A stretch of 64,000 nucleotides of DNA, from NCBI GenBank assembly GCA_051252375.1, contig JBPOFY010000001.1, positions 288,001 to 352,000 of the forward strand, in the 5' to 3' direction. Every line of letters begins with the position of its first letter. The stretch's first letter is position 1. The notes beneath the pieces are model-generated. The model saw nothing but the letters and a program-made list of their open reading frames with translations, was not told the DNA's origin and ran no database searches. The stretch comes from Opitutaceae bacterium (GTDB lineage Bacteria > Verrucomicrobiota > Verrucomicrobiia > Opitutales > Coraliomargaritaceae). Of the stretch, positions 1 to 8,819 are shown piece after piece. The position numbers and the translations under genes were made by a program.

Positions 1-924
1 TTTGTTATAAAACGCCCTGTCATACTCTACTTCATAAGCATTTGGTTGAACGGAAACTTCATACTCGAGTAGATTAAAAATCGAAAGCAATGGCAGGTTC
101 ACACCACGACATCTCTGTAGCCCCATAGAGCCAGCAATTCGAGGTGCGATTTCAAGCAAGGCCAGTTCTCCATCGACAGCGTGCTTCACTTGGAAAAACC
201 ACGCGCCATTAAATTCCACAGTTGAGTTTATGGCTTCAGCGAAGCGTTGAAATACCCCCGAATGATCGTCCACGCTTTTCGTATTCACGCTGATACCTTT
301 GGCAACTCTACGGCGAGATCGAACTCCTACAAATTTCAACTTCCGATTAAAATCCGTAAAACAATCAACGGTATATTCTGCACCTGGAAGATTTTCTAGA
401 ATCATTAAACTCGAATTGCGGTCTTTGGCTTGAACTACTTCTTCGCATGTCCGAGCCAGCAGAACACCTTGCGAACCGCAACCGACTTCAGGTTTAAGGA
501 AAAGAGGGAATTCAACGTCAGCGATTTCATCGATGGTATACTGTTTTGGACAACGAACGACTCCGTCCAAGGCATGGTATGTCTTCTTTTTAGAGAGTGC
601 AATTTCAGTCGACTCCGCACACGAACCCACAACCTTCGCTTTCAAATCTTTTGAATGCTTTGCCAGGATATCGACTACGCTATCCATTGCAGGATAGACG
701 AATTCGATACCATTCTGAACTAACACTTCATTCAGCTTTTCGATAAAGTCCTCGGCGGTTACAAACGGAAGACCACCCACGTAATTTTCATAACAAAACT
801 TCCCATGATCATCGACCGAGGATGCTCCATAAAGCTCAACTTCTTTGAGCCCGGCAAGGGATCGTCCAATTTCTAGTCCACACTCAGAACCGCACGGAAA
901 GACTAATACTTTAATTTTCCTCAT
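1..924 (-). CDS. ATP-grasp domain protein (carbamoyl-phosphate-synthase-like), 3' end beyond window
   Basis: Not in the ORF track. Manual translation from ATG at 924: MRKIKVLVFPCGSECGLEI...FPLFLKPEVGCGSQG...ENLPGAEYTVDCF...LLEIAPRIAG; ATP-grasp motifs; open to position 1. Confidence 0.85.
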   Translation of the reverse strand, partial: MRKIKVLVFPCGSECGLEIGRSLAGLKEVELYGASSVDDHGKFCYENYVGGLPFVTAEDFIEKLNEVLVQNGIEFVYPAMDSVVDILAKHSKDLKAKVVGSCAESTEIALSKKKTYHALDGVVRCPKQYTIDEIADVEFPLFLKPEVGCGSQGVLLARTCEEVVQAKDRNSSLMILENLPGAEYTVDCFTDFNRKLKFVGVRSRRRVAKGISVNTKSVDDHSGVFQRFAEAINSTVEFNGAWFFQVKHAVDGELALLEIAPRIAGSMGLQRCRGVNLPLLSIFNLLEYEVSVQPNAYEVEYDRAFYNK

Positions 925-932
925 ACTAATAG

Positions 933-2030
933 TTAGTTTATAAATTCTGCAATTTGATCAACCTCTACAACTGAAAGTGACTCTGACAGCGGTAAACAAA
1001 ATATACGTCGCGCAATACTAGTTGAGGTCGGAGTAAGTCCCGCACCTGCAAAAATCGGCACTTCGCCAATCGAGGGATAAAAGTAGCGCCGGGGAAAAAT
1101 ACCTTCCGAATTTAACTGAATGAGTGCATCAAGTAATTCTCCCTCCGATTGCATGATAATAGGATAGTAGGCGTAATTACGACTAGCGCCGTCACGATAG
1201 ACAATAGATGACAACTCACTACTTTCCGCGGATGATTGATGACTGAATAAGACTCGATCATAAGCGTCAGAGATGTCCCTTCGCTTTTCTAGGACATCTT
1301 CGATGTGCTTGAAATTGCAAAGGCCCATTGCGGCATGAAACTCACTCAACTTGGCATTAATTCCTAGCCCGTGAAACTCTTCCTGTCCTTTATGCCCGAA
1401 ACGGCGCATCCACTCGACCTTCTCTGAAACTGCTGGATCTCTAGCGACAACGAAGCCGCCTTCGATCGCATGAAATAGCTTGGTTGCATGTAGGCTAACC
1501 ATGGAGACATCGCCATATTCCAATAGGCTCTTGCCTTTGTAGGTCACACCAAAGGCATGAGCCGCATCGTAGATCATCGCCAAGCCATACTTTGCTGCAA
1601 TCGCATCCAAAGCCTCGACGTCGCAAGGATTCCCGAAGACATGGGTAGCAAGGATCGCCTCTGTCTTCGTAGTGATGGCAGCCTCGACTGCGGCCGGATC
1701 AATAGTCAGAGTGTCCGGCTCGATGTCAGCAAATTTCACTGAACAGCCTTCCCAGAGCGGGCAAGCCGTCGTGGCAACATAAGAAAACGGAGTCGTGATC
1801 ACCTCACCACTCACTCCCAAAGCCTTGAGAGCAATCTGTAAGCCGAGCGAACCATTGGCTACGCAATGCACAGGAACAGCCAGTTGATGATACGCCTGCA
1901 ATTTTTGCTCCAGTTCACATACCAGTGGCCCTTGATTGGTCAGCCAATTGCGATCCCATATACCACGGAGATACTCAACGTATTCCTCAAATGGGGGTAG
2001 ATAGGGTTCTGTGACGTTAATTCGTTTCAC
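933..2030 (-). CDS. DegT/DnrJ/EryC1/StrS sugar aminotransferase (VioA-like)
   Basis: WLTNQGP, YDAAHAFG, SLHATK (PLP lysine), GINAKLSEFHAAMG, RRYFYP. Confidence 0.9.
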   Translation of the reverse strand: MKRINVTEPYLPPFEEYVEYLRGIWDRNWLTNQGPLVCELEQKLQAYHQLAVPVHCVANGSLGLQIALKALGVSGEVITTPFSYVATTACPLWEGCSVKFADIEPDTLTIDPAAVEAAITTKTEAILATHVFGNPCDVEALDAIAAKYGLAMIYDAAHAFGVTYKGKSLLEYGDVSMVSLHATKLFHAIEGGFVVARDPAVSEKVEWMRRFGHKGQEEFHGLGINAKLSEFHAAMGLCNFKHIEDVLEKRRDISDAYDRVLFSHQSSAESSELSSIVYRDGASRNYAYYPIIMQSEGELLDALIQLNSEGIFPRRYFYPSIGEVPIFAGAGLTPTSTSIARRIFCLPLSESLSVVEVDQIAEFIN

Positions 2031-2073
2031 GAATTTGAAGAATGATTAACTGATAAGTAAAATCTGGCTAGCA

Positions 2074-2937
2074 CTACGATGCAACGATTCGCTGCAAGTA
2101 GTCTCCATATCCAGATTTAGCATACTTGTTAGCTAGGCTCAGGAGTTGCTCGCGATCGATGAACTTCGAGTAGTAGGCAACTTCTTCAATGCAACCGATT
2201 TTAGTATCTTGGCGCTCCTCAATCACACGAACGAATGTGGAAGCTTCGTTGAGCGAGGCAAAAGTACCGGTATCCAGCCAAGCCACACCGCGATTGAAGA
2301 CGCCTACTTTCAGTTTCTTACGCTCAAGGTAAACTTGGTTGACCGTGGTGATCTCATATTCGCCACGAGCGGATGGCTCGATGGTTTCAGCGATCTCGAC
2401 GACATCGTTGTCGTAGAAGTAGAGACCGGGAACCGCGAAATTCGACTTGGGGTCAACAGGTTTTTCTTCCAGCGAGATGGCATTCTTCTGATTATCGAAC
2501 TCAACGACACCGTAGCGCTCAGGATCATGCACTGGCGCTGCGAAAATCACTGCGCCGTCCGGATCTGTATGGCTCCTCACCAACTCGCCGAAGCCAGAAC
2601 CGTAGAATATATTATCACCGAGGACCAGTGCGACCTTGTCGTTGCCGATGAACTCTTTACCGAGCACAAATGCCTGCGCCAATCCGTTCGGCACTTCCTG
2701 CACGGTATATTCGAATCGACAGCCGAGTTCGGAACCATCGCCAAGCAAGCGTTTAAACGCCGCTTGGTCTTCTGGAGTCGTAATAATGAGAATCTCACGA
2801 ATCCCCGCTAGCATCAGTACTGAGAGCGGATAGTAGATCATCGGCTTGTCGTAAATCGGCATGAGCTGCTTCGATACGGCAAGTGTAATTGGATGGAGGC
2901 GAGAGCCGGCGCCGCCGGCGAGTATAATACCTTTCAT
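2074..2937 (-). CDS. rfbA: Glucose-1-phosphate thymidylyltransferase
   Basis: [50 protein letters not shown]. Confidence 0.97.
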   Translation of the reverse strand: MKGIILAGGAGSRLHPITLAVSKQLMPIYDKPMIYYPLSVLMLAGIREILIITTPEDQAAFKRLLGDGSELGCRFEYTVQEVPNGLAQAFVLGKEFIGNDKVALVLGDNIFYGSGFGELVRSHTDPDGAVIFAAPVHDPERYGVVEFDNQKNAISLEEKPVDPKSNFAVPGLYFYDNDVVEIAETIEPSARGEYEITTVNQVYLERKKLKVGVFNRGVAWLDTGTFASLNEASTFVRVIEERQDTKIGCIEEVAYYSKFIDREQLLSLANKYAKSGYGDYLQRIVAS

Positions 2938-2941
2938 AAAA

Positions 2942-4255
2942 TTAGTCTTGAGGGTTCAAATTCCGCACGTGCTTTATCACATGCTCTACATCCGCGTTGG
3001 TCATCGCAGGGAAAAGCGGTAAACTCAGAGCCTTCTGATAATAGGCCTCAGCGCGAGGGCATTTGCCGACTCCGTAGCCATAGGTTTTTTGATACCAAGG
3101 CTGCAGGTAGACAGGAATATAGAGAACTTGCGTGCCGACACCTTGCTCGCGCAGTTCAGCCATCACCTCGCTTCGAGATTTGCCGAGTGCTTCGAAGTCG
3201 ATTTGGACGGTGTAAAGGTGGTAAGACACGCAGGGAGCAGGGGGCGGAGAGCAGGGGGCAGGACTTTTCTGCTCACTGTTATCTGATGCCTGACCACGGT
3301 CGCCTGAGGCCTGACTCCTGTATCCTGTCGCCTTAGGCGTCTGCATCCATGGTAAATCGGCCAAAGCGTCGTTGTACTGATCAACAATCTCCTGTCTACG
3401 GCGAATAAACTCGGGAAGCTTCTTTAACTGACTACGCCCAAGAGCGCATTGGAAGTCAGTGATGCGATAATTGTAGCCCAGCTCTTGCATCTCGTAAGTC
3501 CACGGCCCGGTAGTATTGAGGGCTGAGACTGGAGACTTGAAAGCTGAGGCTTGAGGGCTGAGGCTTGAGGGCTCTCCAGTAAAGACTGTGAATGCCTCCG
3601 CATCTCGTGTCATACCATGGCCACGTAGGAGTTTGGCGCGCTCGGCAAACTCATCGTTGTCAGTCACGACCATGCCGCCTTCTCCCGTAGTCATGGTTTT
3701 AACTGGGTGGAATGAGAAGGTCGTGATATCCGCCCAAGGGTGGCCGCCGATCTTGTAGAACTTACCTTCATGGACAAAGCCGCCTCCGGGGCCGTGGCAG
3801 CCGTCTTCAATCACAATGGCTCCACGTTTCCTAGCCACTTCTGCAATAGCTGGCATCTCGGAAGGTAAGCCCGCATAAGCAACGGCGACGACGGCTTTAG
3901 TGTCGTCCTGCCAATTTGCTTCAAGTGCTTTTGGGCAGAGGTTATATGTTGCTGGATCAATATCCGCAAAGTCCGGCGTCGCCCCGACAAAGGCGGCACA
4001 GTTTGCCGAAGAGAGAAACGTGTTGGGTGAAGTGACCACTCGATCACTAGTCCCGACCTCTGCAACCAACATCGCCAGATGCAAGGCCGCTGTCGCATTA
4101 CACACAGCCACTGCGTGCTTCGCACCAATCATTTCCGCGAATTCCCGCTCAAAGGCTTCGACTTCCGGACCGGTGGTCAGATAATCCGACTTGAGCGCCG
4201 AAACAACGGCGGCGATGTCATCGTCGGAGATGGATTGTTTTCCGTATGGCAGCAT
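2942..4255 (-). CDS. pseC: UDP-4-amino-4,6-dideoxy-N-acetyl-altrosamine transaminase with two repeat-derived in-frame insertions
   Basis: Likely start MLPYGKQSI at 4255; [27 protein letters not shown]; pseB nearby. Confidence 0.88.
   Translation of the reverse strand: MLPYGKQSISDDDIAAVVSALKSDYLTTGPEVEAFEREFAEMIGAKHAVAVCNATAALHLAMLVAEVGTSDRVVTSPNTFLSSANCAAFVGATPDFADIDPATYNLCPKALEANWQDDTKAVVAVAYAGLPSEMPAIAEVARKRGAIVIEDGCHGPGGGFVHEGKFYKIGGHPWADITTFSFHPVKTMTTGEGGMVVTDNDEFAERAKLLRGHGMTRDAEAFTVFTGEPSSLSPQASAFKSPVSALNTTGPWTYEMQELGYNYRITDFQCALGRSQLKKLPEFIRRRQEIVDQYNDALADLPWMQTPKATGYRSQASGDRGQASDNSEQKSPAPCSPPPAPCVSYHLYTVQIDFEALGKSRSEVMAELREQGVGTQVLYIPVYLQPWYQKTYGYGVGKCPRAEAYYQKALSLPLFPAMTNADVEHVIKHVRNLNPQD
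3230..3334. repeat. Inverted 7-nt-period arms inside pseC
   Basis: GCAGGGA GCAGGGG GCGGAGA GCAGGGG GCAGGA ... TCTGATG CCTGACC ACGGTCG CCTGAGG CCTGACT CCTGTAT CCTGTCG. Confidence 0.85.
3516..3571. repeat. Eight 7-nt units inside pseC
   Basis: TTGAGGG CTGAGAC TGGAGAC TTGAAAG CTGAGGC TTGAGGG CTGAGGC TTGAGGG. Confidence 0.9.
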
Positions 4256-4409
4256 TTTAATAACGACAGCAGATATTGAATAGAAAATAGCGAAAGATTT
4301 TTGCTGTAAATAGCATATGACGATTATCGCACCCTGAGCACTGCCACTCGCAAAATATAGATTATTACTCTTCGAGAGAAATATTTCTCCGTGACTCAAT
4401 TCGAAACTC

Positions 4410-5498
4410 TCAAGTCATCGATTCGAGCAAATTTTCGAGAGGCCCTATCTCAACACAATAGTCATCATCCACCCCGTCCCGTGATTCAAAACAAAGACTC
4501 AGGTAGTGGACTCCAATCATCGTAGCAATATAAGCGTAGCAATTATTAATATAAGACGATGGAAACATTTCTATCAATACAGTCTTGTTCGAACGCGCAG
4601 CAATAATATTCGCTAACGCCGCACCATGGCCGGCAACAATAACATCCGCATTTTGTATGAGCTGGAGTTGTTCCATAATAGTATGCTCCGACATTAGAAC
4701 TGTGGTAAAACCATATTGATCCAAGAGGGTTCGAACAGCATCTTCATTGACCACCCGCCGCTTCCCGGAGTCGGCCCGTGATAAGTAAATTCTCTTAGGG
4801 GACTTCGAGTCTTTGTGCACAACTCCCGCAATCGCGTCTCTCAAGCGCTTCAATAAGACAGGGTGAGGTCGCCCCGAATAAGCCGGCGGATCGAATAATC
4901 CGCAATCAGCCACTCTCACGTTGTCGTAACGTTCGATGGGATACACGATCCCCTCCAGCCCCAGTGCGGCGATCAAGCCCTCGGAATGCTTTGTTCGAAG
5001 TATAATCACATTTGAATGGGCGAATTCACGATGAAGTAAAACGTAGGGCAATGAATCGTAAATGAAATGGTAGTAATTGATATCTGAAGGCTTGAGGCAG
5101 AAATGGCCCCATTCCAGTTCGTTTGATGTTGCGTGAATATATTTGCTCCTATACTTCAGAAACTCTTGGCGACCCGGCTCTTTACCAAAAGATCTTCCGT
5201 AAGACGGGACGAGCTGCCATTTCGAATCGAACACGTAGCCCTCTCCGCTTACATTCAAATTACTGAATCGACTCAAATTTACCGCCGAAAACTGTAAGAG
5301 GTTGTTGCCTTGGCGAATTTCCTGATGCCGTGGATCCACTGTGGTTGTCGGATTTGATTCCTCAAACTTGCAGGTACACGGCTCGATTATCTCATCTACC
5401 TCGCACGGAGAGACCGACGATAGGGTTTGTCGACTGGCAACGTTTGTGAGCGCTCTACTCGTATTGATTAGTAATCGCTTGAGGTGTTTTGAGTTCAT
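4410..5498 (-). CDS. Glycosyltransferase family 61 (DUF563)
   Basis: NYYHFIYDSLP, RIYLSR...RRVVNE, EQLQLIQNADVIVAGHGAALAN. Confidence 0.88.
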   Translation of the reverse strand: MNSKHLKRLLINTSRALTNVASRQTLSSVSPCEVDEIIEPCTCKFEESNPTTTVDPRHQEIRQGNNLLQFSAVNLSRFSNLNVSGEGYVFDSKWQLVPSYGRSFGKEPGRQEFLKYRSKYIHATSNELEWGHFCLKPSDINYYHFIYDSLPYVLLHREFAHSNVIILRTKHSEGLIAALGLEGIVYPIERYDNVRVADCGLFDPPAYSGRPHPVLLKRLRDAIAGVVHKDSKSPKRIYLSRADSGKRRVVNEDAVRTLLDQYGFTTVLMSEHTIMEQLQLIQNADVIVAGHGAALANIIAARSNKTVLIEMFPSSYINNCYAYIATMIGVHYLSLCFESRDGVDDDYCVEIGPLENLLESMT

Positions 5499-5533
5499 TT
5501 CTTTAAGTAACTATTGGTCACAAACTACTTGTT

Positions 5534-6544
5534 TTAAACGGTAAACTCTGAGTTTATGTGTTTACGAATCAATTCCCGGATCTGCTCGACGCTGAGGATA
5601 TCCTCGTTGTCGCCCGAGTTGTAGCGGAAGCCCTTCTCGACAGGGACGGCCCCACGCTCCTTGAGGTATTTTTCTCGATTCTTGAAGCCAGCAGTAGGAA
5701 GGATGACATAGTAATCACCGATCAGGTAGGTGGAAAATGAATCCGAAGCGGTAATCATCTCTTCGTGGATTTTTTCGCCGGGGCGTATGCCGATAATAAG
5801 CTTTTCGCACTCAGGACCGATCGCCTCAGCTAGGTCTGTGATTCGATATGATGGGATTCTTGGGACATACAGTTCCCCACCCTGAGCATGCTCAAGCGCA
5901 TGCATCACCATATCCACGCCTCCTTGGATCGGAATATTAAATCGTGTCATGTCAGGGTCGGTGATTGGCAAGACACCTGTCTCACGACGATTCAAGAAAA
6001 ACGGGATGACGGAACCATTTGAGCCCATGACATTACCGTAGCGCACGACCGAAAACTTCACGTCCTGTTTGCCTACAATATTATTAGCAGCGACGAAAAG
6101 TTTATCTGAAGCCAGTTTGGTCGCGCCATAAAGGTTAATAGGCGCACAAGCTTTATCTGTTGATAGCGCAACGACGCTCTTCACTCCGCATCTGAGTGAC
6201 GCTCGGATCACATTCTCAGCACCATTGATATTCGTCTTCACACATTCATCTGGATTATACTCAGCAATGTGCACGTGCTTCATCGCAGCGGCATGGATCA
6301 CATAATCGACATTAGTGAAGGCACGCTCTAGTCGTTCCAGATCCCGCACATCACCGACAAAGAAGCGTATCATCGGGTATTGGTCCGCCGGATACTCCTG
6401 CGCCATCACGAACTGTTTCTGTTCGTCGCGTGAGTATATAATTAAGCGGCGAACCTCGGGATATTGTGTGAGGATGGTTTGGGTCAGCGCTTTACCAAGC
6501 GAACCTGTGCCACCTGTGATGAGGATATCTTTTCCGTTAAGCAT
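5534..6544 (-). CDS. pseB: UDP-N-acetylglucosamine 4,6-dehydratase (inverting)
   Basis: ITGGTGSLG, YSRDEQKQ, HAAAMKHV, STDKA, YGATK, RYGNVMGS, GIRPGEKIHE. Confidence 0.93.
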   Translation of the reverse strand: MLNGKDILITGGTGSLGKALTQTILTQYPEVRRLIIYSRDEQKQFVMAQEYPADQYPMIRFFVGDVRDLERLERAFTNVDYVIHAAAMKHVHIAEYNPDECVKTNINGAENVIRASLRCGVKSVVALSTDKACAPINLYGATKLASDKLFVAANNIVGKQDVKFSVVRYGNVMGSNGSVIPFFLNRRETGVLPITDPDMTRFNIPIQGGVDMVMHALEHAQGGELYVPRIPSYRITDLAEAIGPECEKLIIGIRPGEKIHEEMITASDSFSTYLIGDYYVILPTAGFKNREKYLKERGAVPVEKGFRYNSGDNEDILSVEQIRELIRKHINSEFTV

Positions 6545-6582
6545 AATTGTAATTCGTTGAGGTTTGAAGGGTGTAGAGAAAT

Positions 6583-7512
6583 TTATTTTTCCGATTTAGA
6601 TTTTTGATAGTCGTCGTAGAGATGGTCCGGAAGTGTCCAAGCTCGTTTTCCACGAAGGTCTTGATTTGCCAACATATCAAGCGCAAAGCCTGCGTCGATA
6701 CAGACTGCATGCGTCCCTTTGAACTGTTGAATCATAGGAGCCGACCCAAGACCGCAGGCAAAAATTGCGATATCGGGTTCGATCTCAAGCTTTTCGGGCT
6801 CGATCTTTTCAAGGACAGCGGCATGAGGGCTGACTTCTAGAAAGTTGATATTCGCGGCACCCATCGACTGAAAAGTTGCCGTGAGCCCCTTTCGCCTGTC
6901 CTCGTCGAGCCATGTCACCGCCACAACATTCCGCCCCTTAACAAGCGCCTCGAAGTCAGGCCCAGCCAAGTAGCCATATAAACCAAAAAACGGGAAATAG
7001 TTATCGGCTCCAAAGCGGATGCCATTGGCTTGAAAAAATCGACACATCTTATCGATATTCTCAACGTAGGAATGCCGGTCATTAAAGGCAGGTGCCAGAA
7101 ATCCATGCTGTGAGATGTCACGAGCTGCATCTACCCAGATTTCACGTATTCGCTTAAATTCTTTTGCCGGTAATTTCTCGCGAGATGTGCCGTTACTTGC
7201 ACTACCTCCGTAGTCAATCTTCGGTAAGATACCAAACTCCATAAGGACAGACTTGATAACAAATTTTATTTTCCGTACAAAGCCCTTAGGCATCCAACGC
7301 CCCACGCATAGGATAAATTCGCCATGGCATAGCCGCAGGACCGGAAGATAGGTTTTGGCCTCTACCGCATGCTTCAATGCATCGACCATCATTTGGTAAT
7401 GCGCTTCTCCTGTCGTCTTCTCGAAAACATGGTAAAAGCGATTTGGGAAGTCCTGCTCCTGTTTGGTATAATGAGGGAAGCGTTCTTCGATTAAATGGAG
7501 GTTTTTTTTCAT
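6583..7512 (-). CDS. Hypothetical protein in polysaccharide locus (possible GT-D-like fold)
   Basis: 309-aa ORF in operon context; VLRLCHGEF and CIDAG motifs loosely resemble GT-D RxxDGE and IDxG. Confidence 0.6.
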   Translation of the reverse strand: MKKNLHLIEERFPHYTKQEQDFPNRFYHVFEKTTGEAHYQMMVDALKHAVEAKTYLPVLRLCHGEFILCVGRWMPKGFVRKIKFVIKSVLMEFGILPKIDYGGSASNGTSREKLPAKEFKRIREIWVDAARDISQHGFLAPAFNDRHSYVENIDKMCRFFQANGIRFGADNYFPFFGLYGYLAGPDFEALVKGRNVVAVTWLDEDRRKGLTATFQSMGAANINFLEVSPHAAVLEKIEPEKLEIEPDIAIFACGLGSAPMIQQFKGTHAVCIDAGFALDMLANQDLRGKRAWTLPDHLYDDYQKSKSEK

Positions 7513-7517
7513 AAATT

Positions 7518-8792
7518 CTACGATTCGTGGCAGGCCACATCACGGCCAGTAAGATAAAAGACAAAGGCAATTACAAAGATTCCGTATAACGCAGTCACCC
7601 CAACACGTGCGATGGCCACACCTGAAATGCCATAGCCTTGTTTCACTGCATAAACACCGAACACCCAGACCAAACAAATGGCGACACAACCGAATAAATT
7701 CGGCCAGAAGTTTCTTCGCAAAACCGGAATTACGGCACTAGCTCCAGAATAGACCTGGAAAATCGCGCCAACTGCAATAATCTGCGCAGCTTCGATTCCT
7801 GGGGTGTAAGCAGGGAGAAATACGCGCACCAGATGCGGGACAGCCAACCAACCGACCACCGCAATCGGAATGAGCAGGGATAAGTTAAGCCCTAAGCCGA
7901 TCCAGAGATAACGGCGTAAATCACGACTGGAACCTCTCACCCCGTAGGCTCTCGCTATACGCGGGTGCAATAATGTGTTAATTGATTCTGGGAACACCTT
8001 AATCGCATTGAGTACGATTCCAGCAAGTGCGAAATGACCGAGATCCTCTGCCGTCAGAAAGGTGGCAATGATCGTGCGGTCTGCTACCGCTAACCAAGTA
8101 AAGATAATACCGGCAAACATGACCGGCAGTCCGATTTTTGAAAGCTCCAGAACATCCTTGGAAGATGCACCGCCCCGAGCAGACAACGGCGACTTTCGAA
8201 ACAAGGCTAACCAAAGAATCAGATTGTTTCCTGCGACTTTGAGCCCCACACCGAAAACGCCGATGAGTGCCGTAGAAAGCGAGCAAACTAAACTCCAAGC
8301 ATTTTGTAGATGAAGTCCTTTACCCAAGCGATCGAAACAGAACATCCCTCTATAAACCGCGCTATGATGCAACTGCAACGGGTTGAAAACTAGAGTGCCA
8401 AGAAGAAACATCGCTGCTAAAGGATAAAGTCGATTTTCCGCAAAAAAGAAAAACGTCAGAATCGAAATTACTGCAATCACTGCACCGACTCCCGCAAGGC
8501 AAGTAGCCATACGAGCCGAAGCATTGACAAAGTCCTGCGCCCTGGCGTCCTCGCCTTTTGCTCGGTAAAGCGGTAGATTACGACTTAAGCCGCTGAAGAC
8601 ACCTAATTGGAGCATACTAGCATAGGCCGGAATTAACATGACTGCGTGAAAGGTGCCCAGTTCTTCGGGCAGTAAAAATCGAGCCGTGACCAGACCACCA
8701 ACTAAACCAAATACCGGACTCAACCATTTAGAGGAAAGCAGCCATAAATCGCCTCCACGAGCCTCGAGATTACGCTTAACAAAATTACGCAC
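7518..8792 (-). CDS. Oligosaccharide flippase (Wzx-like)
   Basis: Many hydrophobic segments; ARFLLPEELG, DRTII...EDLGHFALA. Confidence 0.85.
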   Translation of the reverse strand: MRNFVKRNLEARGGDLWLLSSKWLSPVFGLVGGLVTARFLLPEELGTFHAVMLIPAYASMLQLGVFSGLSRNLPLYRAKGEDARAQDFVNASARMATCLAGVGAVIAVISILTFFFFAENRLYPLAAMFLLGTLVFNPLQLHHSAVYRGMFCFDRLGKGLHLQNAWSLVCSLSTALIGVFGVGLKVAGNNLILWLALFRKSPLSARGGASSKDVLELSKIGLPVMFAGIIFTWLAVADRTIIATFLTAEDLGHFALAGIVLNAIKVFPESINTLLHPRIARAYGVRGSSRDLRRYLWIGLGLNLSLLIPIAVVGWLAVPHLVRVFLPAYTPGIEAAQIIAVGAIFQVYSGASAVIPVLRRNFWPNLFGCVAICLVWVFGVYAVKQGYGISGVAIARVGVTALYGIFVIAFVFYLTGRDVACHES

Positions 8793-8819
8793 GGATTTTA
8801 AAGTTACAGTTGAGTAGTC

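Noticed and set aside
4376..4389. Palindrome GAGAAATATTTCTC upstream of pseC
   Set aside because: Single AT-rich 14-mer with no second copy; could be chance.
2942..4399. 485-aa pseC and other extended N-termini in the ORF track (trxB, kdsA, pdhA, pdhC, Smr)
   Set aside because: Family similarity starts at later ATGs; the extensions are translated intergenic or repeat DNA.
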